Source: Octopus vulgaris (lineage: Eukaryota). Taken from it: 64,000 bases of DNA. Numbering within the stretch: the first letter of the stretch is position 1; every line of letters begins with the position of its first letter. A program made the position numbers and the translations under genes. The stretch covers positions 103,850,001 to 103,914,000 of the forward strand of contig OX597822.1 in NCBI GenBank assembly GCA_951406725.2, in the 5' to 3' direction. The notes beneath the pieces are model-generated. The model was not told the DNA's origin, searched no databases, and saw only the letters and a program-made list of their open reading frames with translations. This document shows positions 12,078 through 25,481 of the stretch, piece by piece.

Positions 12078-13042
12078 AATCGAGGAGTACCTGACCCGCC
12101 TGTTCAGGACGACTTTCGGGCCAGGGCCATGGACAACTTCCAGAGATCCCTGGCCTGGCAGTGCTACCGAGAAGCGCTACCCGTTCGGGATAAGCTCTAC
12201 AGACACGGCTCGAGAAACACGGGGCCGACCTGCCCGAGATGCGGTCAGAGCGACGAAACCGTTCTGCACGCACTCGTGCAGTGTCCAACAATTTCCGACC
12301 TGTGGGCTTATGTCGAACAACTGCTGTCACGTGTGGGACGAGTCGGTTTATCAGCTCAGTCTATCGTCAATATTGTCACGCCTCCTTCCTTCAAACGGGA
12401 AGGAAGAGCTATTTTCATCATCCTTGTGGCTATGGCGAAAGAATGTATCTGGTGGACGCGTCTGAAAGGATTGGAGACAAACACTTTCCTCTCTGGTCAA
12501 TCTCTCATCAACGTCTTCAAGTACCACTTGAAAAGGAAAGTGAGAGTAGAGAGGCAAGTTTTGTCTAGCGAATGTTTTAAAAAAGATGGGTGAATGTAGC
12601 ATGAATGGCACGTATGAATGACGAAGCCACCTTGAGCATAATCCTATGAACCCAGAAATTGAAAACAGAGAGTTGCTTATTCGCAAAAAAAAAAAAAAAG
12701 AAATATAACATGTGACTCCATTGACCGAGGTTACCGTGGTCTTTTCCGTAGGCTTTTCTTTCCACGGGTAAACCTCACCTGTCCTCCCCTTTACACTTCA
12801 TATTGACATTTCTGTGATAACGATCCCTATTGATCAAATTTTATTTTATTTTTATTTTTATTTTTTTTTCCTCTCCCCCTTTTTCTTTAACCCCCCTTTT
12901 TTGTCCTCTTTCTCTCCTTTTACGATCCCTTTTGATCGAAACTCCCCCCATCCTTTTTTTTTTTTTTAAACCTTCAAAAGAAAAGCTCTACCTTGTAATT
13001 TGTTCTATCTGTGTGCAGCCCTGTGTGGCTAATAAAGAAACA
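12077..13042 (+). mobile_element. 5'-truncated L1/Tx1-clade LINE (zf-RVT C-terminus and 3' UTR) inside a (TATC)n array
   Basis: ORF segment AWQCYREALPVRDKL...TCPRCGQSDETVLHALVQCP..LW..VE..IWWTR (CCHC zf-RVT type), T-rich UTR, ends AATAAAGAAA; (TATC)n on both sides. Confidence 0.85.
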
Positions 13043-13320
<278 letters not shown>

Positions 13321-14087
13321 GGTAGCTTGCTATTTTCTCTCTCCCACATACTTTCATTTGTTTTCTTCTTTCTATTTTTCTATCGTTTTTCCTTTCTATC
13401 TTTCTTTCTTTTTTTTTCCTTTCTTCAATGAGTTCAAATTTCATGCCTTCATACTCAACTTCTACACACCTAAAACATTTTATTGATCATAAATGTCAAT
13501 GTATACAGAAATAAGCTGTACCTTAAACACATTTCCTTTATATTTATACATGTTCTTTAGCAATACTTCAAATATTTTAAGGCATAAATTTAAGACTAAA
13601 AACCAATAAATAGCAAATATAAAACGAAATTGTTCACTTAGATCTTTATTATATTCTTTTACACTTCTATCGGTCCCGGTCAGCGCACTGGATCGATAAT
13701 GAAACACTGCATCCAAGGGGTGATTCGATTATATTAACTCTTACTTGTAGTTTAGTTTCATATTAAATTACAGATCTCTACTTGACAAACAACTACTTTA
13801 AGGAAAATAAACAGACACAACTTGAACACAGTAACGGTTTTAAGGAGTAAATAATGAACAGCCACAGGCACACACACACACGAACACAGACACACACACA
13901 TACACTCACACACACAAACGTTTGTCCATATAAGAGCCTATGTTTCGCTACACACATACGTGCGCGCATTAAGCACACAGACACACACTCTCAGAAACAC
14001 ATCAGTAATCTATAAAGGTGACTTGATGGCCCTCGTCGGTCCGACAAACATGTCACACATACGCAAACACGTGTGTGTGTATACGCG

Positions 14088-14153
<66 letters not shown>

Positions 14154-14344
14154 GCTTCTGCACGCATTTTTTTTGTCTCCTTGTTTCTCTCCGTGTTTCT
14201 TTTCTGTGTATCTTTCTGTTGAAGAGCGTAGGCTCGAAACGTAAAAGACTTGTTTTATTTATATTCCTGAGCGCCATACTAATACAATTGTTTGTTTGTA
14301 CTCCACCTGCCTTCGTCTTTTGTTTATTTTCATAAAGCTTCCCG

Positions 14345-14346
<2 letters not shown>
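14154..14346 (+). mobile_element. Penelope-like pseudo-LTR fragment between (TA)n tracts
   Basis: ~190-bp insert flanked by (TA)n and carrying a minimal hammerhead motif. Confidence 0.55.
14211..14248 (+). ncRNA. Minimal hammerhead-like motif (variant core)
   Basis: UCUUU-CUGUUGA-A-GAGC[GUAG]GCUC-GAAACGUA-AAAGA; stems I and II pair perfectly; stem III reduced to palindromic ACGU. Confidence 0.6.
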
Positions 14347-14395
<49 letters not shown>

Positions 14396-14689
14396 CATGC
14401 ATATATATTAGAAGGTTTGGAGATGACGTACAGTTATTATATATTAGAAGAAATAAGGTACTCAGAAATCTGGATTGTTTTATATTTACAGATATATATT
14501 AATATGTAACATGTTTTTATAAGTCATATATTTGCTCTTGCGTCCACTCTAGTAGAGTCTTTGGATTGAATCTTTTCAGGAGAATTGCCTCTTTTCATAG
14601 TATTATTGAGTGTGTGGGGGTGGAGAGTGATATACGATAGTAGAAGAGGGTGAGGAATGGGGAGAAAGTGAGAGAGAGAGAGAGAGAGA

Positions 14690-15124
14690 GTGTGTGTGTG
14701 TGTGTGTGTGTGTGTGCCTTCGTATCTGAAAGAGGTGTCAATGGAATAGAGAAGGAAAGGAAGAAGGAAGAGAGAAAGAAGAAAAAAAATCTGTTTGCAG
14801 CTGGTCAGTTCTTTCAATAGAAAGTGATTCTTGGCTTTTAGAAATGGCAAAACCAGGTGGCTACTCCAAGCGGGGTAAATGTTATTTTTAAAAAATTGTC
14901 TGGATTTCTTTTTATCATTGTCTTGTGAGAATTGTGTGTGTGTGTGTGTATGTGTGCGTGTCTGTGTATCTGAAAGGAGCGTCAATGGAAAAGAGAAAGA
15001 AAGAAAGAAGGAAGGGAGAAAGAAGAAAAAATATGTTGACATCTTTGCAGCTGGTCAGTTCTTTCAATAGAAAGTGATTCTTGTCCTTTAAAAATGGTAA
15101 AATCAGGTGCCTACTCCAATGGGG
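14690..15124. repeat. Diverged tandem duplication, ~250-bp period
   Basis: TTTGCAGCTGGTCAGTTCTTTCAATAGAAAGTGATTCTTG occurs at ~14794 and ~15044. Confidence 0.85.
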
Positions 15125-15435
15125 TCTCTAGATGGATAAAGCGATGTATATGTGGGCGTGCCTGTGGACACTACTTTGATGAGTAAGAAGTTCACAAGTT
15201 CTAACCTATTTAAACTGTTTCACATTGAATGTAACTGTGTATTACGTTAAGAGTACATGTATATGTGGACTATTCGACACTTTGAAAGTTAATTCAATAA
15301 GTAGGTTGTCCTGTTGAGCGAAATAATGGACGCTCTGCAATCGATTGAAAAGTTCGTCGCATTCACATACACATGCATTTGTATGTATGCGTATCCACAT
15401 ATACGTATGAATTCATATATATTCATATATATAAT

Positions 15436-15499
<64 letters not shown>

Positions 15500-15621
15500 T
15501 TTACATATTTATAGATATGTATGTATACGTACCTGTATATACTCATAATACACTTATACATGTATGTATATACACATTCATACAAATATGTGCGTGTGAG
15601 CGTGTTTGTGTGCTCTGTGCT

Positions 15622-15663
<42 letters not shown>

Positions 15664-16792
15664 AACACACACACACACATATATATTTTTTGTTTATAAT
15701 CATACCACATTATTTTATGGTTAATACCATATAGTTTTCTGGTGCATCTAAGTTAAGTACCGCATTCAAGTGAATTCAATAGAACTCACTTGAATCTTAA
15801 TTGCTTTTACTTAAATATATATATAATAAATAGATGAGTGTATTTTTACCTTGTTAACAATTAACACGGAAAAATAAATAAATAGTTACCAGGGCAGCAA
15901 AAATCTCACAAGTAAAGGTGTTGTAACTCCTTGAGTAAAAAATGGAGATATAATTTATATCTTCTCATAATAACAAACTGTTAAATGTTAATACATTTAC
16001 TAATACTAACATTAATTTACCTAATACCATCCAACCCTCTAGAAATATTAATAACAAGGTTATTGTATCTGAAGTCAATTCCAATAGAATTAAGTTTATG
16101 TCAAGTAACTCTAAGATTAAAAATTCTATATACCAGTGTATAATCAGTACTCGTAATAAAGTACGATTTTACATTGGAAGCACATCGTTAGAGTTATCTA
16201 AAAGAATTTCTATCCATTACTCAACATTTTCTACTATAGTTAAGATCTATAGTCTCCTTAACGTGCAAGCATAATCTACCCACCTGTAGCAGTACAAGCA
16301 ACTTGTGTTAATAGATTACGTAAACCAATCATTAGCGGACGACGCTAAAGACAGTGAAGGATAAATCACATATGTACTACAGAGAAAGTATTAATCAAAG
16401 TTATTTTCGCTCTTTCTATGGAAAATTTATCTGCAGCTGTATTACATATAAGCTCCAAAAAATTTTCAATGGTAATGTTTGTTCTATATTTAATCTTCTT
16501 ACTGTGTTTGCATTTACGTCCTCTCTATTCAGATATCTCTAATGCTGTACATTGTCTTAATTAAGTACCGTCAATTATATAAGTTAATTGCGAAAACAGG
16601 AAAAAAGAATGCTTCATCCATAAAGTATTGATTAAGAAAATTGATATTACTAATGACTTAGACGCCGCAACATATCTGGAGAAAGTCATACATTTTATTC
16701 AAAGAGATCCTAATTGTATGGAGGTTTGACGATATTATATGAATGCATTTTTAAGCATCGAAATTGTTTTTTAATATGTATGCCATTGTTAA

Positions 16793-18050
16793 AGCGGCGA
16801 GCTGGTAGAAACGTTAGAACGCCGGGTGAAGTGCTTAGAGGTATTTCGTCTGCCGTTACGTTCTGAGTTCAAATTCCGCCGAGGTCGACTTTGCCTTTCA
16901 TCCTTTCAGGGTCGATAAATTAAGTACCAGTTACGCACTGGGGTCGATGTAATCGACTTAATCCGCTTGTCTGTCCTTGTTTGTCCTCTCTGTGTTTAGC
17001 CCCTTGTGGGTAGTAAAGAAATAGGTATTTCGTCTCTCTCTATGTTCTGAGTTCAAATTCCGCCGAGGTCGACTTTGCCTGTTATCCTTTCGGTGTCGAT
17101 AAATTAAGAACCAGTAACGCACTGGGGTAGATATAATCGATTTAATCCGTTTGTCTGTCCTTGTTTGTCCCCTATGTGTGTAGCCCCTTGTGGGTAGTAA
17201 AAAAATAAGAAATGTTAGCAAGCCGGGCGAAATTCTTAGCGATATTTCGTCTGCCGCTACGTTCTGAGTTCAAATGCTGCCGAGGTCGACTTTGCCTGTT
17301 ATCATTTCGGGGTCGATAAATTAAGTACCAGTTACGCATTGGGGTCGATGTAATCAACTTAATCCGCTTGTCTGTCTTTGTTTGTCTTCTCTGTGTTTAG
17401 CCCCTTGTGGGTAGTAAAGAAATAAGTATTTCGTCTCTCTCTATGTTCTGAGCTCAAATTCCGCCGAGGTCGACTTTGCCTTTCATCCTTTCGGGCTCGA
17501 CAGATTAAGTACCAGTTGCGTATTGAGGTTGATCTAATCGACTGGTACCCTATCCCAAAATTTCGGGCTTTGTGCCTAGAGTAGAAAAGAACATTTATGC
17601 CATTCTTAAGGCGGCGAACTGGCAGAAACATTAGATGCCGGGCGAAATGATTAGTAGCATTTCGTCCGTCTTCAAGTTCTGAGTTCACATTCCGCCCAGG
17701 TCGACTATGCTTTTTCACCCTAACAGGGTCGATAAAATAAGTACCTGTTGATTGCTGGGGTCGATGTAATAGACTTAGCTCCTCCTCGAAATTGCTTGCC
17801 TTGTGTCAAAATTTGAAATCAATATGTGTGCCATTCTTGAAGACAGGGAGCTCGCAGAGTCGTTAGCACACTGGGCAAAATGCTTAGCGGAATTTCGTCC
17901 GTACTTACGTTCTGAGATCAAATTCCACCGAGGTCGACTTTGCTTTTCATCCTTCTGGGGTCGATAAAATAAGTAATAGTTGAACACTGAAGTCGATGTA
18001 ATCGACTTATCCATCCCTCAAAATTCTTGGCCTTGTGCCAAAATAAAAAA
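16793..18050 (+). mobile_element. Head-to-tail cluster of ~6 SINE C units
   Basis: GTTCTGAGTTCAAATTCCGCCGAGGTCGAC core recurs near 16860, 17045, 17260, 17445, 17680 and 17910. Confidence 0.9.
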
Positions 18051-18394
18051 CAAAGCAATATTTATACCATTCTTGAATCCTATATGTTACAGTTGTGTCG
18101 AAGGAGTTATAATGATATACCTAACGAAGACCCTACATTCGTAACTTGGTATCAAATATAAATCTTGTATCATCTTATATAAAAATACAATGACTACGTT
18201 AAATGTTAGAAAGATAATTGACGCGTATAAATATAAACATACAAATACATACACAAGATACATAAATATATGCATGCGACATATATACTTATACAAAAAG
18301 ATTACTATTTTCTCTGAAGATTATGATTACATAGTTTACAACAAGTATTGGTTTCCCTGTTTAGACGAGTAGCGGAAAATGTGATTATCATATA

Positions 18395-18787
18395 CTAGCA
18401 GTACCGCCCGGCGTTGCTCGGGTTTGTTTCGACCCTTTAGAATTGGAATTTTTGATAAGTAAAAATTTTGCATTATGTAGCTTGTTATTCTTTTTAAGTG
18501 AACATTTTTCTGGTTAAAATACACCAAAACATGGCGACACAGCAGTCAAAAAATCGTAAAAAAATAGGGATTTTCATTTAAAAAAAGCACCTTTTTGATG
18601 TAAATAATTTTTGGTGTTAACATGGTCCAATTTGAATATTTTCTTCTACGGAATAAAGAGCAAGCCTTCTTCTATCATACCCTCAATTTTGGTCAACTTG
18701 CACCACAGGGTCTCGGAGGAGATAGTGTTAGTTGAAGGCTACCAAACCTGCCATACACAGACAGATTCAGCTTCATATATAGAGAGA
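18395..18787 (-). mobile_element. Non-autonomous Helitron
   Basis: CTAGCAGTACCGCCCGGCGTTGCTCGGG terminus (3' hairpin and CTAG on the minus strand); TC start. Confidence 0.85.
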
Positions 18788-19886
18788 TTATAATAATCAT
18801 GATAATCATGATAATAATGCAATAATGTTATGAACATTTATACTTTATGCATGAAATAAAAATTTACAACACACCAAATTTTCACAGATTTCGCTTGAAT
18901 CATTTTGCCAAATGTTGACAAATTGAAGGAAATATGGTGATGATAGCATTCCAGTTTGTTGTTAGATGATATTTTCTTTTATAATCTTTTTATACTTCCG
19001 CATTTCTTTTTCTTTTGCTTTAAAAATTTCCTTCTCAGTTCACATTTCACCAAACTGAAGTATGAAACGAAATATTAAACAAGAAGGAGTGGAGTGTCTT
19101 CCAAAGGGAAACAACCCCCTTTGAGCCGTTTTGGCATTTTACACGCCTGTAAATTTTCTTGCTCTAAAATTATATTATTCCTTCGTATCTAAATGATGTT
19201 AATTATAGCAGGAAATAGAAGACTTGAAGTAATGAGCAAAACTCAGCAAATAAGAGCAAGCTTAACTGAAAAAGAATTTGCAGGGTAATTATAAAATAGA
19301 AACTCAACAGATAGGAAGAGTGAACATGAATAGTTAACACTCAACTGATTATTTGAAGTACATCGAGAAAAAGAACAAATGTGACGAAATAATGAGAAGA
19401 AAGAAGTGTTTACAAAATAACTGAAAAGACTTTGTGAAAAGTATAAAATACAATGAGAGGCCTTGAACGAAAAATAATTGGTTAAATTGAAAGATGTGAA
19501 AATGGAAATGACAACGTCGGAGATATTTAATTTCCCTATGATGCAATGGGAAAACGAAAACGTTGAGGCCAAACCCTTCATGACGACTTCGGATTAAAAA
19601 GTTAACTTCAAAAGTGTTTCCAAGGCGATAAAGTGCGAGATCCTACTCTGCAGTTTTATTATGATGAAGTCAAACTAACCTTTCAGGCGGAAATTATGAA
19701 GAAGCTAATTATTTCAAGGAAAATACCTGAATGAACATAATTTTTTGTAAACATCCTAATCATTATTTTCAGTGAAAGGGAAAAGAATTAAACGCCAGGG
19801 TGGAATCACGCTAACGTCATGTATACAGTAGGTCCGTTAGACCCAGAAATATTTCACTTTTGCATGCTGTTGCTCCCTACAGTAAA

Positions 19887-20281
19887 GGAGGAGGAGGAAG
19901 CACTCCGTCGGTTACGACGACGAGGGTTCCGGTTGATCCGAATCAACGGAACAGCCTGCTCGTGAAATTAACGTGTAAGTGGCTGAGCACTCCACAGACA
20001 CGTGCACCCTTAACGTAGTTCTCGGGGATATTCAGCGTGACACAGAGAGTGACAAGGCCGGCCCCTTGAAATATAGGTACAACAGAAACAGGAAGTAAGA
20101 GTGAGAGAAAGTTGTAGTGAAAGAGTACAGCAGGGATCACCACCATCCCCTGCCGGAGCCTCGTGGAGCTTTTTTAGGTGTTTTCGCTCAATAAACACTC
20201 ACAACGCCCGGTCTGGGAATCGAAACCGCAATGCTATGACCGCGAGTCCGCTGCCCTAACCACTGGGCCATTGCGCCTCTA
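19887..20281 (-). mobile_element. SINE (head A, tail 1, ~390 bp)
   Basis: TSD CCCTACAGTAAA at 19875-19886 and 20282-20293; tRNA-like head on the minus strand. Confidence 0.92.
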
Positions 20282-20805
20282 CCCTACAGTAAAAAGCTAT
20301 TATAAATCTGAAATCCGTTGAAGGAGAAACTATGGCAACTTTCAAAAACTATTAGAAAGAGGTAAAAATTTGAAAAAGTATGTTTCCATCTTCAGAATTC
20401 CGGTTCAACTGCAAATAGTATTTATCGTCATCTGTGCATCACATTGCCATCCCTTAAGTATAATGCAGCTGCAAAAAAAAAAAATAATAATAATTGGATG
20501 TCGGAGTTAAAAGTTAAGCAGATTTAACTGGTAAGAAAAAGGATGCTGCTGCAATAGACAGTGAGGGTCTTTGTTGTATATATTTTAACCGGTGAAGCTG
20601 AAACAAAACGCTTGATACTAAATAAATATAGAGTAGGTTATCACATATTTAAAGATTTTAAATTTTGGTAAAAGGTCAGAAATTTTGGGTGAGAGAATAA
20701 GTCGATTACATCGACCCCAATGTTCGACTGGTACTCATTTTACTGACCCTAAATGGATGAAAGGGGGAAAGACAATTCAACCTCGGCGGTGGACTAACAT
20801 ATATG

Positions 20806-21190
20806 TGGAAGCACTCCGTCGGTTACGACGACTAGGGTTCCGGTTGATCCGAATAAACGGAACAGCCTGCTCGTGAAATTAACGTGTAAGTGGCTGAGCA
20901 CTCCACAGACACGTGTACCCTTAACGTAGTTCTCGGGGATATTCAGCGTGACACAGAGAGTGACAAGGCCGGCCCTTTGAAATACAGGTACAACAGAAAC
21001 AGGAAGTAAGAGTGAGAGAAAGTTGTGGTGAAAGAGTACAGCAGGGGTCACCACCATCCCCTGCCGGAGCCTCGTGGAGCTTTAGGTGTTTTCGCTCAAT
21101 AAACACTCACAACGTCCGGTCTGGGAATCGAAACCGCGATCCTATGACCGCGAGTCCGCTACCCTAACCACTGGGCCATTGCGCCTCCAC
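20806..21190 (-). mobile_element. SINE (head A, tail 1)
   Basis: Near-identical to 19887-20281 and 57366-57750. Confidence 0.92.
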
Positions 21191-21611
21191 TTATCATATA
21201 ATAGAATTGAAAACTTCAACTGATATTATCCAAACGATTAGAAGAGAAAACTCTCCCTAAAAACAAGAAGCAACTCAAGTTATATCATTGAATTGATATT
21301 GGCGTAGATGATGTCACCCAAATATTATTGTGCTAGATTGTTACCTATCATATGACAGATTATATGGAAGTGTCATACGACAGGTAACGATGGAGCAGCA
21401 AAAGCTGCTCTGGGTGATATCAGAAAAGTATGGCATACATATAATAATTACAATTTAACTCTTATCAAATTTGTTGGCGCTTGTGCAGTATGATAAAATG
21501 TATTCAAGTTTCCAAATGAGAATATTTATCATAAAATAAAATTCGATAAAACAATAATTATAATGTAAGAAAAGAGATCAAAAGAACTACTTGTTTAGTT
21601 TATATGGAAAT

Positions 21612-21647
21612 TCACACATACATACACGCTCTCTCTCTCTCTCCCTT

Positions 21648-21717
<70 letters not shown>

Positions 21718-21828
21718 CACATATATATATATACACACATATATATATACACATATATATATATACACATATATATATATACACATATATATATATACAT
21801 ATATATATATACACATATATATATATAC

Positions 21829-21896
<68 letters not shown>
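21612..21896. repeat. (TA)n/(CATATA)n microsatellite
   Basis: Directly visible. Confidence 0.98.
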
Positions 21897-22146
21897 AGCG
21901 CGTATACACACACATGCTCCCTTTCCTCCACCCCTTTTCCTTCCACCTCCTCCTCCTCCATCTCTTCCTTTCTCTATCTCTGCGTGTGCAACGTTCTTTT
22001 TTGCCTATCAACAAGCTTAGTTTGCACCTCTTATATTAAATCTCTCTCTCCCCTTCTCTCTTTATACAATGTACAGCGACTGGTAATATCAACCAACCAA
22101 CAAACCACCCATCAACCAACCAACATTTGCATCTGCTATCTTTAAT

Positions 22147-22546
22147 TATTTCTACTCCAAGCGCAAGGCTTCGAATTTTGAGGGAGGGGTGTCAGTCGAT
22201 TAGATCGACCTTAGTACGCAACTGGTACTTACTTAATCGACCCAGAAAGGATGAAAGGCAAAGTCGACCTCGGCGGAATTTGAACTCAGAACGTAGCGGC
22301 AGACGAAATATCTGTTTCTTTATTACCCACAAGGGGCTAAACACAGAGGGGACAAACAAGGACAGACAAACGGATTAAGTCGATTACATCGACCCCAGTG
22401 CGTAACTGGTGCTTATTTAATCGACCCCGAAAGGATGAAAGGCAAAGTCGACCTCGGCGGAATTTGAACTCAGAACGTAACGGCAGACGAAATACGGCTA
22501 CGCATTTCGCCTGGCGTGCTAACGACGGTGCCAGCGCCGCCTTATG
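22147..22546 (-). mobile_element. SINE C dimer flanked by one TSD
   Basis: 16-bp TSD ATCTGCTATCTTTAAT at 22131-22146 and 22547-22562; internal tail/body junction at ~22312. Confidence 0.9.
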
Positions 22547-22754
22547 ATCTGCTATCTTTAATAAAGCCACAATGAGGCTTATCGGCTAAATATCAACATT
22601 TCCTTGTTTCATTATGAGATTTTCAAATATTTTGGGATGATATCAAGAGAGATGTGCTTAATATTCATTGTATTGTAGCAATCACTATGTTTTACCTAAA
22701 TCAGATTCAGTCATTCATTTGTAAATCACACTATCATAATAAAGTTTAATATTA

Positions 22755-22956
22755 CAGTAATCCCTCGACTATCGCGGGTGCTACGTTCCAACATCACCCC
22801 ACGCGATAGGTGAAAACTCGCGATGTAGAAACAGTACTGTACTGTATATTTTTTATTATTTTTATTTATATATATTTTATTACAAATGTAAAACAACAGC
22901 ACAGAGGAATCGACGTAAGCTTAAATAATAAACCGCGAAATGGTGAGGGATTACAG
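22755..22956. mobile_element. pogo/Tigger-type MITE
   Basis: TA|CAGTAATCCCTC ... GAGGGATTACAG|TA inverted termini with TA duplication. Confidence 0.8.
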
Positions 22957-22964
22957 TAGTTTCA

Positions 22965-23876
22965 AATTTTAGGACAAGGCTAACAATTTCATGAAGGGGT
23001 AAGTCGTTTACATCGGTCTTAGTGCTCAACTGGTAATTTCTTTATTGATTCCGAAAGGACGAGAAGGCCAAGTCGACCTCGGCGGAATTTGAACTCAGAA
23101 CGTTAAGACGAACGAAATACCTATTTCTTTACTACCCACAAGGGGCTAAACACAGATGACAAACAAGGACAGACAAACGGATTAAGTCGATTATATAGAC
23201 CCCAGTGCGTAACTGGTACTTATTTAAGCGACCCCGAAAGGATGAAAAGCAAAGTTGGCCTCGGCGGAATTTGAACTCAGAACGTTAAGACGGACGAAAT
23301 ACCTATTTCTTTACTACCCACAAGGGGCTAAACACAGAGGACAAACAAGGACAGACAAACGGATTAAGTCGATTATATCGACCCCAGGTGCGTAACTGGT
23401 ACTTATTTAAGCGACCCCGAAAGGATGAAAAGCAAAGTTGGCCTCGGCGGAATTTGAACTCAGAACATAAAAAGAGACGAAATACCTATTTCTTTACTAC
23501 CCTCAAGGGGCTAAACACAAAGAGGAGAAACAAGGACTCAGAACGTAACGGCAGACGAAATACCTATTTCTTTTTTACCCACTAGGGGCTAAACACAGAG
23601 GGGACAAACAAGGACAGACATATGTATTAAGTCGATTATATCGACCCCAGTGCGTAACTGGTACTTAATTTATCGACCCCGAAAGGATGAAAAGCAAAGT
23701 TGGCCTCGGCGGAATTTGAACTCAGAACATAAAAAGAGACGAAATACCTATTTCTTTACTACCCTCAAGGGGCTAAACACAGAGAGGACAAACAAGGACT
23801 CAGAACGTAACGGCAGACGAAATACCGCAAAGCATTTCACCCGGCGTGCTAACGTTTCTGCCAGCTCGCCGCCTTA
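22965..23876 (-). mobile_element. Tandem array of ~6 SINE C units
   Basis: Junction CGAAATACC|TATTTCTTT recurs at 23121, 23303, 23486, 23564 and 23748; single head at ~23820-23876. Confidence 0.9.
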
Positions 23877-25481
23877 TAAGAACCTTTAATATTTTTATGA
23901 TTAAAAAAATTTCCTTCGGCATCGATAAAATAAGAATCAGAAGGATCATTGTCATCGACTCGGTCGTCCTAGAAATACTGGCCGTGTGCCAAAATTTTAA
24001 ATGAATATCGTATGATTTATATTACTATCTATAAAAATTTATGACGAAATATACATATTTTGTATCAAGAAAAATATTTGAGAAAAATTATAAAATGTGG
24101 AGTCGATACGAATGCAGGGTTATAGGGAATCTTTAGAACATCTATCAAAGTGCCATTCGGTATTTTTACCGGCTGTTTCGGTTGTGAGTTCAAATCCTAC
24201 AGTGACCAGCTTTGCCTTTCATTCATCTGCAATCAATATAATAATGGAAAATCCACGTACGCAGATTAATATAACCAACTATACCACTTGCTCACTAAAT
24301 TTGAGATTTAGCGCCTATATCAGAAACCTCTCGCAGCTCTCTCTCTCCAATCTTCAGGTGCATGCTCCGAGCAGGCCCCTTCACTCGGATCATGTTCGTT
24401 ACTCACATCTACCTTTCAGCAAATTTTCTGGGAGGCAGCACTTTCTCCTCTAAATCTCACTTTCTCTCCAAGTGAAACTTGACAAAAATTGATGAGGGTT
24501 TGATCAAATAAAGCGCCTGTCTACAACTCTTTTGGTCTCATTCACCAAACATCCTCTTTTTCTCAGTGAGACATTAATATTGCCTGTCCTCCCTGGCCCA
24601 AAGAAGGTAGCAAGACAATCTTCACAATGGATTCAGTTATTAGTCGGGATCATCCTAAACGCGAGAGCGGCTGTTCGACATAACTCTGCAATGTATTGAC
24701 CGAGTGCATGTGCAGTGGTTTCGTTGCATAATTTTCACACATCTTGGTGGGATTTTGGATAAGAACTGTAGAATTTTACCTCAAAACGTAAAGAGCCGGA
24801 TCAATTACCAAAAGGCACTTTGATAGATGTTCTAAAGATTCCCCATAGCCCTGCACTCCTAATGACTCCACTTATAAATTTTCTAAAAATTTTACTCTGA
24901 TACAAAATATGTATAAATCACCATGAATTTGTTTGAACGATCGTAACAAAAATTATATCAGCTTGAAAGTTAGGCACAAGGCCAGCAACTTTTAGGGGAG
25001 ACGGAAGTCGATTACATTGATGCCGGTGTTCAAATGGATTTATTTCATCGACTCCAAAAGGATTTAAAAAAAAAAAACATAATACAAGCTGAATATATTT
25101 AGCTAAATGATTTTCATTATATTTATTTTAAGTACTTGGTGATGTAATTAAATCTAGAACAGAGAGAGGTAAATTTCTTATACTATTGACTCATTCATGG
25201 AGTCGTTGATAACTTATTGACCCTGACCACGTAATTTCTATTTAAAAAATCAAAAAGTTTATTTAATAAAAAAAAAATGCTTTTTAATATTAAAACAATA
25301 ATTTCTTTAATTATTTTGTCATTACGATTTTTAATAAGAAATATTTAAAGACATTAATGAAACCACGCGTATGATAAAGAACAATAAAACTTCAGTCGTG
25401 TTATATTAAAGAATTTAGAATATTTAAAGCGAAGTTTGTGTTCGGTAAACACTAATTATTGCATCTATATTTAATTGGATA

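Larger units (their letters stand above)
19650..21430 (+). pseudogene. Highly decayed autonomous Helitron RepHel coding remnant, interrupted by SINEs
   Basis: MYTVGPLDPEIFHFCMLLL (19820-), NLKSVEGETMATFK (~20305), IPVQLQIVFIVICASHCHP (~20395) and LGDIRK (~21410) resemble RepHel linker and PIF1 helicase motifs. Confidence 0.6.

Noticed and set aside
22965-23876. Regularly repeated units resembling a CRISPR array
   Set aside because: Units are ~180-bp SINE bodies with no unique spacers, there are no cas genes, and the context is eukaryotic.
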